From: Peribolospora baueri
Lineage: Eukaryota
Length of the DNA: 60,458 nt
Direction: 5' to 3'
Assembly (NCBI GenBank): GCA_029717555.1
Contig: JAMDHS010000113.1
Coordinates: 1 to 60,458 of the forward strand
The notes under the pieces: model-generated
What the model saw: only the letters and a program-made list of their open reading frames with translations
Told to the model about the DNA's origin: nothing
Databases searched by the model: none
Program-made: the position numbers and the translations under genes
Shown here: one piece after another, positions 39,043 through 50,800 of the stretch
Position numbering within the stretch: position 1 is the first letter of the stretch
How the letters are laid out: every line of letters starts with the position of its first letter

Positions 39043-41135
39043 ATGGCCGCCCAAGAGGACCGTCAGCCGTCCGGACCTCGTGCCGCCGACGACGCCGGCT
39101 TGGAGGGCCTTCAGGACATCGGGAACAGCTTGCCGGACGTCGACCGGCGTGCCCACGGTCCTCCTGCCCCGTCCTCGGCCTCCGGGAGAGCTTCAGAGGC
39201 TCCGGCGGGCGACGACGACGCGGTGGCCTCTTCCTCCTCCCGTCCTACCTCCGCCTCCCTCAACCTCCCCCAGTTCGATCCCGCCTCGTATATGGCTCGT
39301 CTCAAGGCCGCCGCCGCCGCTGGCGCCGCATCCTCTTCCCCCGATCACGCCGCCGGGGAGGAAGAAGGAAGGGAGGAAGAGGGCCAAGTGGCTCTTGCGC
39401 CGCCGCCGCCCCGACCCTCCGACTCTGTCGCTTTGTCCCCTCCGCCTACCGTGGAGGGTCTCATGAGGGCGGGGCAGAGCCCGAGTCCTGACGGCACGCC
39501 CGCTACCACCCCGCGGCTATCGGAAAAAGCTTTGGACGAGGAGGAGCAAAAAGCCGGGCCAGGTCCCAGGGCTGGCGAGGAGAATCAAAAGTCGTCTGAA
39601 GGTGGCGGCGATGGCGATGCCGAGCCGCCCGCGGTTCCTTCCAAGCACGAATCGCCCGGCCTCGCCGTCGTCGCGCCTCCTGCCTCTCACTCCCGATCCC
39701 CTTCCAGCGCCTCTACGTCCTCCCGCCATCGTCACTCTGAGCTCCCACCTCTTCCGCCCGAAGCTGGTCTCCCGTCCGGCGGCGGAGAGCACGCTTCCGC
39801 CGGCGATCGACCCCAGCCCGCTCTTCCGCCTGAGACGCCCGCCGCTTCAGCATACCCGTTTCGCTTCCCAGCCGCGCCAACCAAGCGTGATCCCCCTCCA
39901 CCGTCATCCGGCCGTCCCCAGCCCAAGGTCGACGCGTCCTTGACCTCTTCCCAGCCGAGTGCGTCTGCCGGTCCAAGTGCATTGCAAGGCGCCAAGGGCG
40001 TGGGCGAGCAGAAGGGCAGCTCGGCGAGCTCCATCCCGGAGCAGATCAACACCCCGATCAGCCCTTCGGAAGAGACGATGAACATGGTCGCCAGCGCCTT
40101 TCGTCGCGGTCCCAGTCCGCTCGCCACGGGATCCACATCTCGCCCGAGCACGCCGAAGGAGAAGGCTTTACCGACCGAGCCTGTCTCCGCCTCGATGCCG
40201 CCTGTGACGCCCCGGACGGGTTCCCGGGGCGGGTCTTTGAGCGGACAGCAGCTCGCGGCCATGGAAGGGGGCGAGAAGCGATCGAACTCGGACAAGGGGG
40301 CGAACGCGGCCACCGCGACGCCATGGTCTTCGAGGGTGGACGAGGTGCCGTTCGACTTCAATCGGTTCTTGGAGCAGATGAAACATCGGAGCGCGCAGCC
40401 TGTCGGGGAGTACGTCCGAAGGTGAGAGGCGTTCCTCAAGTCTCTTCTTCTTTCGCGTCCTGTGCGCTCGCTTAGTTGAGCGTTCCGCCGTGTGTGCGTC
40501 GCATTCAGTTTCATCAAAGGGTTCAGCAAGAAGCCATATCGGGTCAACGACCAGATCAAGCTGATCTTTGACTTCCTCGACGTGAGCGTCCGCAGTCCCA
40601 CTTTCATTTCCATTTTGGACCACTTCGACTGACCCCCGTCGTATCGTATCGTCGCGCGTTCGCATCTCTTTCGAACCCCACTCTAGTTCATATCCGAGCG
40701 GATGCGCGAATGCGAAGTGTGGCGGGACCTGTCCGAGCGCGAGTTCGACAACGCCACCGAGGCGATGGAGAAACTGGTCATGAATCGATTATACCCTTTG
40801 TCAGTCGTTCTTCCAGTCGCCCTCTTCGGCGTTCCGTGTCGTTTCATGACCTGACCGACTGGTTATCTCTCTTTGACAGCACCTTCACCCCCGTCGTCGA
40901 CCGCACCCGCGGTCCGATTGTCACCGATGACCTCGAGCGCGACCACGTGTTGCGCCAACGCATACGATTGTTCAACTGGATTCGCGAGGAACACCTCGAC
41001 GTTCCGACCGGCGAGCACTCGGCCGGCTTCATTTCGTTTGCTCAGCAGGGTGAGCATCGTTCCGCCGTCTTTAAGACTTGAAACATGTCATGCTCAGTTT
41101 CCTCCGCGGCGGCACTCGCACTCGTACTTTATTTC

Positions 41136-41208
<73 letters not shown>

Positions 41209-43011
41209 CGTTTGTCCCCGTAGAACTGCTCAAAATTAACCATTACAAGGCGCCTCGAGACAAGCTCATCTGCATTCTCAACTGCTGCAAGGTCATCTTC
41301 GGTGCGTGGCCTCCCCGTCCGTCATCTCGCTTGACCTTCCGCGCTCCACGAACGAGGCTAACGTCTGTCGCTCGCTCCACAGGTCTCATCCGCCATTTGT
41401 CCGGCGAGGAAAACGCGGACACTTTTGTGCCTGTGCTCATATTCGTCGTGTTGAGGGCCAACCCTGAGCATCTGGTCTCGAACATAGAGTATATCAACCG
41501 CTTCAGGAACCCTGATAAGCTCAGTAGCGAGTCGGGATACTATCTATCGAGTTTGGTGAGGAGGATCTGCCTTGTTTGTTTGTTTCTTTCTTTTCTGACT
41601 TGGTTGACCATGACGTTTATTCTCTTCCTGCTTGTCTCTTTCAGATGGGGGCCGTCTCTTTCATCGAGACGATGGATCACTCCTCGCTTTCCAACATCAC
41701 TCAGGCAGAATTTGAACGGTGAGCCGACCTGTCGGCTCGACGTCTGTCTCGGTGACATGTCTCACAACGGGCTCACATCTCTCTTTTTTTTCTTTCAGAA
41801 ACGTCGAAAACGCCGTCCAGAACCTCGCCTCGGCGCCTCCTTCTCCGAATCCAACCCATTATCCCGATTCACAGCAGAGCCTCACCCTCCCACCGTCCAC
41901 CTCCTCTGGCGAAGACTCTGCGAGGGCCTTGCCTTTCACGCCGAGCAGCAACACCTTCGCCGACGACACTCGCGCTTTCTTCGCAAGGACAGGCGAACGT
42001 GCGGGCGAAGTCGGCAAAGCGGCGGCGGCCGGTATCAGCAAACCGCTGGGAGTGATTGGTAAATTTTTCAACGACGCGGTCGAGCAAGCGCGATCGCCTG
42101 ATTTGGCAGGGAAGAGCTCGTCGTTTCCACGACGCTTCGGCGGATGGCCGTTCGAGAGCGGCGAGGACGAGAGTGGGACCGGCGGGTCTGGCGCGCGCGA
42201 GCAAGACCCCAATTGGGGATCCGCTTGGTCCCGGTCGTCCAGACCGGGCACGGGCACGGGCCAGCCCCAGCAACATCTCGCTCCAACGCCTCTGCGACAG
42301 GGCCCACCGTGGCTGCAAGACCGATATCACGCGGGGAGCAGCGGCATCGGCACGCCGTCTGACCTTGGCGGTCTCTCCCCCTCAGCGAGTCCGGCCCCTG
42401 GGACGCCGACGCCGGCGGACCGTGATTACAGCCCATCTCTCAGTCCAGGCTACCTTCAACAGCACCAGCAGCCGTTCGCGTCAGGCTATCCGGGTGCTAA
42501 CGCTCGGCAACGGTATCTTTACGCCCAGCGGGAGGCACTGCAGAGCCATTTGTATCGCCAAGCCGGTGACCGACAGCAGTACCGAGACCGAGACCCGCCG
42601 AGCCCCGTCCCGACGCCCCAAGACCTACAGGCAATGACGACGCAGATCGACCACGCGGCGGCGGAGCGGTTGCGTGCGGGCGTGGAGACTCTCAGGAGCA
42701 TCTTCCCGGACGTTGAGGAGGTGGTCTGCGAAGGCGTGCTGGAGAGCGTCGAAGGCGACGTCGGAAGGGCAGTTGAAGCGCTATTGGAGATGAGTCAGGC
42801 GGCTGGCGCCGGAGCCGGACGCTCACCGAATCCGGCGGGCGAGTCGCAGAGTCGGACGCCGGCCGACGACGCATTCGGAGCCTATGAGCATGGCGAAGGC
42901 AGGGGGGTCACCGAGCCAGGCCCCCCAGTTGGAGACCTTATCGACATCGACCTCGGGGAGGAAGGTGGGGACGCAACAGCGCCAGAGGACAAGGAGAAGG
43001 CCTCGTCTTGA
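39043..43011 (+). CDS. VPS9: Vps9 Rab5 GEF with C-terminal CUE domain
   Basis: PFDFNRFLEQMKHRSA, EAMEKLVMNRLY, ELLKINHYKAPRDKLICILNCCKVIFG, NADTFVPVLIFVV (catalytic Asp present), GYYLSSL; CUE domain TLRSIFPDVEEVVCEGVL..AVEALLEMS. Confidence 0.93.
41137..41208. repeat. 72-nt poly(T) tract inside a VPS9 intron
   Basis: Uninterrupted T run just upstream of the TAG acceptor at about 41223. Confidence 0.9.
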
Positions 43012-43449
43012 GTCTTTTCCAAGCGTCATCTCCCTTTCGTCATTCTCTGTTCGCCATCCTTGGCTAATTTTTCAGTACCCACGTGTAAAGTCCACTATCT
43101 GTCCCGCTACTCAATATACCTTCGCGTTCGTTACACACTCCTTTTCGTATACATTTACCGGACGTTCTCATTCTGCGAGCCGCTGCCCATCTCGGCCGCC
43201 ACACCTCTGTAAGCCTAATCTCGTGTACCTGTACCTAAACGAGGACAATTTCCACAGACAAGTCTCAAGAGGAGAGCCCTGGTGAGACAGCACGGACAAC
43301 CGGCGTCCGTATCCATTCTCAGTGACATTGATCTTTTCTCGGGTTGCCCACACCATCTGCCCGCGTGTCTTTACTAAACATGAGAAAGGCAGCATATGAT
43401 TGACGGCACATCCCGACGCCGCTCTTAGATTCTCCCTTTCTTTCCTACA

Positions 43450-44142
43450 CTAGAGCTCCTGAGAGCGAGGTCCCTGGGTCGTGTACGTCTTGTCGGGCTC
43501 TGAAAACGCAAAACGTATGACAAGGAAGGGGGTCACTGAAAGCGCCTCCTAAAGGAGTAGCTGAGTCCGCTCTCTGCAGAGGAAAAGAAAAAAACGTAAA
43601 CAACGTTGCAAAACCTACCGATGTACTGGATTGGCCCGTCTCCGCCCACGAGGCTCTTAAGCGTCGGAAGATAAGCGTCGGGAACGTCGGCCGCGAATCC
43701 CTTGATAATAGAAGAGTCGTACGTTTGCGTGACCTTTCCTCCTGCGGAGGTAAGCAAGGACTGTTGCTGCTTCGTTTAGACGTTGTAAAAAAAGCGTTTC
43801 GTATCAGAATGCCAGAGACGAAGAAAATGGCGCGTCAATCGACAGGCGCAGGCAGCGGGGAGAAGAACATGAAGGCGGGACCACGCTCGCCTTTACGACG
43901 TCATCGCGCGTCGCGCTGTCTTTAAAAACAACAACGTACGCGGCTAGATAAAAAGCAGAACAGTGAGCGGTACTGCGCATGTTCGTTTCAATGGGTCTCT
44001 TCAGGAATCCTCGTACATCAGGAATGCGCCGAGACGCTAGACGCGCCCTTGACGAAGACTCACCTCCCATCGCTTCGGGTGTGAGGATCAGTGCGACGAG
44101 GAGGGAGATGGCCGCAACATAATGGCTGATACAAGCAAGCAT
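43450..44142 (-). CDS. Stand-alone peptidase inhibitor I9 (subtilisin-propeptide-like, POIA1/Pbi2 type) with a putative signal peptide, 4 exons
   Basis: Spliced YVVVFKDSATRDDV..QQSLLTSAGGKVTQTYDSSIIKGFAADVP..IQYIEPDKTYTTQGPRSQEL. The YIVxFK, GG.V..Y..I.GF and YIEPD pattern is the I9 signature. Hydrophobic first exon MLACISHYVAAISLLVALILTPEAMG. Confidence 0.8.
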
Positions 44143-44269
44143 ATGTCTGGGACGCTAAAAAGCTGGAGGCAGCGGGGTGAGCCTGGCTTGGCGAGCTGGC
44201 AAGTGGCAGATGCCGTCGATGGGGGAGAAAGCAAGTCGGACACAGCGCCAAGTCGTCGCTCATGGCTCA

Positions 44270-44277
44270 TTATATAA
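44270..44277. promoter_or_regulatory. Palindromic TATA element (TTATATAA) between the divergent I9 and FMO genes
   Basis: Self-complementary TATA about 110-130 bp from both start codons in otherwise GC-rich DNA. Confidence 0.45.
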
Positions 44278-44388
44278 GCGATCAGTGACATGCACGTGGC
44301 TGGCGGCGGGCGTGCACTGACCACATGCGCGGACCCATCCGCACCACCAACCTCCTCTCACCCCATCACAACTCGACCGCTCCGGATC

Positions 44389-47300
44389 ATGAAGGTCGCC
44401 ATCGTCGGAGGCGGGCCCTCCGGTCTTGTCACGCTCAAGACAATTCTAGACTTTAACCCCAACATCCATGTTGAAGTGTTCGAGGCCGAAGATCAGTTGG
44501 GCGGAACGTTCAGTGAATATGATCCGTTTGTCAAGCAAGGGCGAACGGACGAGCGAGCTGATCGTCCTTCTCCTTTCATTACCTGAACTCGTTCCCCAGG
44601 ATATCGCTCGTATGATGTGAGTTTCTTTTTCTTATCACGTCTGAATTAGTTTTCACATATTCATCTTAGGATTCGTTCCCATCGCCAGAATGCGACCCTC
44701 GTCTCCTCCAAGCAGTTGACCGCTTTCTCCGACTTTCGCCTTCCGCTGTCCCATCACGACCATCTCTCTCTTCCAGAATACGTCCAATACCTTGAGGACT
44801 ATGCCGACCGTTTCTCTCTCCGTCCTCATATTCACTTGTCTACGCGGGTCACCAAGGTCCGCCGAGGCACGGATCTGGAGGGAGGGGGACATTTTCTCAC
44901 CTATGTGCCCACCAAGGGAGGCCGGCTGATCGAGGGATTGACGGGAACTACCATTCACGTTTCCCATCTTGCAATTTGCACGGGTCTGCACGTGGTGCCT
45001 TCCATCCCTGACGTTCCTGGCATTGAGCATATCCACAACAACACCAGTGAAGGCAACGAGGACGGGAGCAAGAGTGTCGCTTTTCATAGCGCAGAGTACA
45101 AGAGCAGGGATCAGCTGAAGGGAAGGAGGGTGCTCGTCCTTGGCACCGGCGAGACGGGTATGGACGTCGGATACGAAGCTGTCAAAGCTCCAGCAAAGTC
45201 GATAGTACTGTGCACTAGGCAAGGGTAGGCGAATGTTTCGGGGACGAATCAGGTGGCAACCTTTGCTCGAGAGCCAAGCTAAACAGCACAACCGCGCTCC
45301 TTCACCCGCCCCAGCTTCCTCTCTTTCCCAGCAGTACTGAGCGACTTCCAAGTCTTGGGCGTCAAGTTTGATGGTCACCTGCCCATTGACGGCCTCATCA
45401 CCAACCTCTTCGAGACAGCCAAGGTGCATCCTTGGGTTGGCCAGAGCCATTTACGGTGGTACGTGGTGCCGTTGCACTTCTCATTTGGCTGCCTACCCTA
45501 TGAAGAGGCAGATGTATGACTGGTCTTGCGTTTTGCTTTGCCACAGGTTTGTAAGCGACTTTGTCATCAAGAGATTGCTCTGGGTGCTGACGGGGACGCA
45601 AGCGGGATGGTACGTGCATTGGTGTGGTCTGCAGGAAGTTCCAAGCTCTTATTGATCATGGTTTTCGACGCACACTCTCACAGCAATCAATGGGTCGGAG
45701 AGTTGCCCCCTGAGCGGCTAGGCAGGGCTTACGTCTTTCTCAACAGTGGGTCAATCGTATCTGTAAGGATGTCGTTGCAGACGTGTCAGTGGTGACGTTT
45801 GGTTTCGCCTCTGATCCGTACCAGAGTCGGCCAAAGCGATGCCATACCTCAACCGCCCATACAAATCCCGCCCTGCTATCTTCGAAGCATTCGCGCGGTA
45901 CCTCGACCCTCCGGACTACTCCCCAGACGAGCCAGGCATCGATATGGCCCCCTTCCCTGACCACATCCTTCCCTCCGGCAAGGTCGTGTTCCAAACCTCG
46001 GGAAGGAAGGAGGCCAAGGCGATGATGGGAAGAGATATCAGACCCGAGGTTATCGTTTTCGCTACCGGTTACACTCAGGAGTGGGATATATTTACAGAGG
46101 GGGAATATCCCGTGCCCAGGGAGGCGGACGTGAGGGACGTATACAAGAGCGGGGACGAGAGCGTCGCGTTCATTGGGTTCATTAGGCCTGGCGTCGGTGA
46201 GTCGCGAGGATTATGGGACAGCAGTGCTGTTCTATCGTACGTCCTATTACATCACTCATTCGTTCTGCTCGACGCTGTCGATCTATTATAGGAGCCATTC
46301 CCCCGATTGCGGAGATGCAAGGTGAGCGCACATAGCCCTTAACTTTCATTGTCATTACCGTACCTGTTCAGCGTCGCCAATCTATAACGCGCGCTCTTCC
46401 GTCATTCCAGCCCAGTTCTGGGTCCTCACGATCCACCAGAAAATCCCCAAGCCCGTATCCGAGCCTTACTATCACTTGCTCGTAAACGATGATGCGAGGA
46501 TCAAGGTGGGTCCGCGTCCAAAGCACCTTAAACCTTCTTGAAGATGTGGCGCCGCCGACTGACTCTTACGGAACTGCGAACGAATATCGTGTCGCTCAGT
46601 ACGCTGTTGACTACTCAACCTGTAAGTCTTATTCAACACCGGTTTACCTCTTTCGGCCCGTCTTTGGCCCGACTCGCTCCCCGCTACCGTTACTCATTCG
46701 GACGGACTCGGCCGTTCTCTAGACGTTTCGACGTTGGCCAGAGACATGGGTTCCGAGCCTGGCCTCTTCGAGCTTTGGTGGACGTACGGCTTCAAGGTGC
46801 TCTATGTCTTCTGGTGAGATATCAATGCTTCACCAGCGTCATTTTCAATCTCAGCAGAGCAGCCTCTGATAGTCACATATGCTCCACTTCCTCCTCCTTG
46901 GTTCTCTCTGGTCTACCCCGCAAGCTTCGGAGCGGCCTTTACTCCCTTCTACCGTCTTCTCGGACCTTGGCGCACGCCATCTGCCGTCGAGACCACGAAG
47001 ACGGAGCTGTACGAGACCATAGTCAGGCGTGGAGTAACCGGCAACTTGATGATGGGGGTCAGTGATCGGCTTTTTTTTTCCTTCTCTTCTTGATTCCTTC
47101 GCTTCGTTCATCGGTAGCGATGGGCTGTCGTGGACCTGCCGTCGTTGCGCGCTTGCCCCGCTCAATCTCTCTTCGTTTGTCCTTGGCCTGATGATCTCCA
47201 GGTCATCCCAATGGCCTTCTACGCCGTCGTCAACTTGCTCACCCTGTGCCTCGAGTTCGTCCTCCGTCTCGCCGCGCCCTGGCTCGGTCTGGACGTACCT

Positions 47301-47399
47301 CAAGGCGCGTTAGGCGCCGCCATCATCAAAGGTAGGAAAACCCAAGTCAGAAACGCCCCGCGTTCTCGACAGAGTAAGGCGGTCGTGAAGGCTGAGTGA
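44389..47399 (+). CDS. Flavin-containing monooxygenase (FMO, class B), many short exons
   Basis: FAD motif KVAIVGGGPSGL, LGGTFRYRSY, FHSAEYK, NADPH motif LGTGETGMD, VFATGY and GFIRPGVGAIPPIAEMQ; C-terminal hydrophobic segment. Confidence 0.92.
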
Positions 47400-47878
47400 G
47401 GACGTTCTGAAGCGTTCAGAACGTGGGACAAATGGTGTACGTAGAACGTGCAGTCTCGTCCTTCCCAGTGTTCCTTCCTTCCGAACAAAGTGCTCGAGTG
47501 GACATGGACATTTTCATAGGCTCCGTCCGCACATAGCGCTGTCCAAGAGAATCTCGATTTCTTCTCGTACATCCTCACCCCTGGTATAGCGAGATTCATT
47601 GTACATGCGGGAACCGTGCTCGTCCGTCCTACTATCCGTCTGTGAAGACCGCCACCCCAGGCTAGAGTAAGAACGCGCGCGAGAGTCCGGGACGAGTGTT
47701 CCAACTAGAGGGAGACAAGAGACCGAGGAAAAGTGATTGCAGGCTAGCAGGAAGAAATTTTGAGGATCCGAAGGCCGGATGCGAGATGTAGACGTGTAAG
47801 GGCGGAAACGGAAAGGATAACAGACGAACGAGAAGAGGGCAAGGATGTGCAAGAGCGCAAGAAGGGTCCGAGTCTGGA

Positions 47879-50800
47879 TTAAATGAAGTTACCGGCCATC
47901 GTCCGTTTGGGGGTCTCTGCCGCAGGAGCGGGTCCGGGTCCGACAGCAGCCTGGGATGGGGCTGTTGTGGCTGCCATCCCCTCGACCAATTTGTCAGGGT
48001 CCAAGCCTGTTTGGAGGAACTGTAGGACCAAAGGCAGCAAGCTGTTCTGCTGACACGTCACCACGATGTCCTGGCCGACCGTTGGGCCCGCGGCCGTGCT
48101 CGGCTGAGGAGGCGGCTCTGGGTAGGCGATAGAGGGCCGACTGGAATAGTTCTTGCCAGAGCTGGGCTGGGCAGATATGGGGTCTTGTCCCTGGTGCATC
48201 AGGTCCTTCTCCAGCCTACCCGCCCCAGTGCTGGCGTAATACCGTCGGCTGACGGATTGACCACGAGCTAGAGCGGCGGAACGAGAGTCTTTCTCTCCCG
48301 AGGCTGTCGCCGGACTTTGGCCAGGTCGTCGTGGTGCGGGGCGACGGTCTTTCGATAGGCCTACTGACGGCTGCTCCTCTGGGGCGATCAAAGCATCCCG
48401 GAGCACTTGAAGTGCTATTGCCTCTGCTGCCCTGCGCGCCTTCAACGAGACACCGTTCGTCACGGAGGCGGGATCCGCTTGCTGTTTACGGGTTTCGATC
48501 TCGCGCTCTATTCGGTCCTTCAGCGCTTGTACCCACTGTTTGCGTGACTGCGCGCTGTCCAGGCTGAACATGTATTTGCGCTTGCTGCCCAGGTGGTTGG
48601 TGAACGCGAGGTTGAACGAATAGCGCATGAAAGCGCGCTCGACGGTGAACGTCTTGATGGTCGGGATGCCAGCAATGGCAGGCGAGTGCGCACCGATTCG
48701 GACGAACAGCACCGACCGCGGCCCAAGGTTAGTGCTGAACATTTGGAACGTCTGTCGTTCGTTCTGCGAAAAATCTAGGATTCGTGGCTCGAAGGTGACA
48801 CCGTATCCTATCAGCTTGACGAGGAGATTGACGGGCCGCGGCAGGGAGATGGTAAAACTCTGCGGCATGCCGTACGTGAGCTTGTTCGGCAATGGTGGTT
48901 CGATGACGGCCTGCACGAGTCTGTTCGTCGCGTGGGGAGGCGGCGCCTGCGCCAACGGATCTCTGCGAATGCTCGCGTACATGTCGGCGAGCTGGTCATC
49001 ACGCACCGCACCCTCGGGATCTCTTCCGCGGGAAGCGATGACGAAATCGTCTGACGAGATGTGAGGGTTTGGCAGGCCAAAGGTGACCATGCTGGCGCTG
49101 TCCTCGATGTTCGAGTGCAGGAAATCGTTCAGCTCCATCATAGCCCAAACGAGACGCTCGGTGAGGTCTAGCGTAAAGGACCGCGGTAGAAGCGGAGCGT
49201 TGGCATCGTGCCACCTCGAGACGAAGGCCTTGAGCAGCTTCTCGAACGGCGGGAGAGCAGTAGGGAACCGGATCGTCAAGAGGAAGCTCCGTAGGGCATC
49301 CAGGATTGACACGCTGATGAAACGGAATCGGCCAAGATAGGCGGCCAAAAGCACCTCGTTGCCAGGGGCAACCAAATAATTTACGAGCTGCCCACGGTGC
49401 AGCTCTGGTGTCTGGAAGAACAACCGAGCGATCATGACGGGATCGTTGGGCAAGCCGGCCTTGTCGATGATGGAACCGACCGCCTGACCGGGATCGACCT
49501 CGAATTCTTGGATGAACGCGGTGGTGATGGGGTGTTCCTTTTTGATGGGGCTAGGGTCATCGTCTTTCGGCACGCTAAGTCGCAATTGATGCAGCTCCAC
49601 CACGCTCTTCACAAGGAAGCGCCCGCCGAGCGTCGGAGGCGCCGGCTCCACTTCCTGGGACGCGCCTTCCACGTCATCCCACAACGGCTTGGCGATGACG
49701 AGGATGTCATTGAACAAGAAAAGGTAGCGGTCCTTGATCGTGTTCGCATTGACGACCTGCACCACGGCCGAGTGGAAGAGCAGACGCCGCGGCGGATCAC
49801 TCAACCCGCCCAAGCCCGGCAAGCCCTCTACCGCGGAGGCCATGCTCGCTCTTTTCGCGCCTCCCGGGAGCAGCTGCTGTCCGACGGCGGAGTTGAATCG
49901 CTGCAAGATCTGAGCCGTCGCCGGCGTGAACGCGTGCTCGTTCTCCAGCGGCGTTTGAGCGGACGTGCTCCCGATCGACTCGCTGACCGACTGAGCCGAC
50001 CTGGACGAGCTCATCCGAGAGAGGCCCGAGAAGGATGAGTTGCGAGACAGCCGCTGAGCAGTATCGTCGGCGAGATGACGGCTGGAGAGGCTCGTGTCGG
50101 TGGAGGCGCCCATGGTGCCGTGTGAGTTTGTCCTCGACAGGGACGCCGCGGACAGCTTGTTGCTGAGTCGGACGGCCCCTCTCGGGTCCCCTTCGCCAGA
50201 ATGAGCGTTCGGGTCGGCCACGCGAGGCGACGGTACCGGTGACTTTCGGTCAACCTGCGAGTCCTTCCGTTTCAGCAAGTGCGCAAACACCGAGGGTCGT
50301 CTGATGGAAGCAGAGGTCGACGACGACTTATTTGGGTGGCTTTCTGGCCGGTCCGTCCCGTCTGCCGTTGCGCTTGTTCCGACCTGTGCGACTGCTGCAC
50401 TCGTAGGCAAACCTTGCTGTTCCGTCGGCTTGAAAAGGCCCGGGAACGGCATGAGTTTGTCGTTGGAGTACATGGCGACCAGTTCGTTGGCCGTCGCTGG
50501 CGGCAGGTGAGGTTCCGGTGCTAAGGGTGGGAAAACGTCGCTCAGAGTATGCTGCCGACGGTGTCCAGCGTTGCCAGCAGGAGGAGCCGCGAGAACTAGA
50601 GTCTCCTCATGCGCCGGAAGCTCACGCTCGATCGATGCATTCCATGGCTCCTCCGTCTCCTCAACCTTGTAGCCCAAAACGGGGGGAGCATCGACCCGTG
50701 GTGACTCCACTTGACGCGCCTTTCCGCTTCCGGAGGGCGTCGATGCGAACTCTGGGGTTGCAGGCGCACGCGGAGAGATCCTGGCATCCCGCGGTTCAGG

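Noticed and set aside
41085..42062. ORF with a poly-Phe run
   Set aside because: Translation of the intronic poly(T) and other VPS9 introns.
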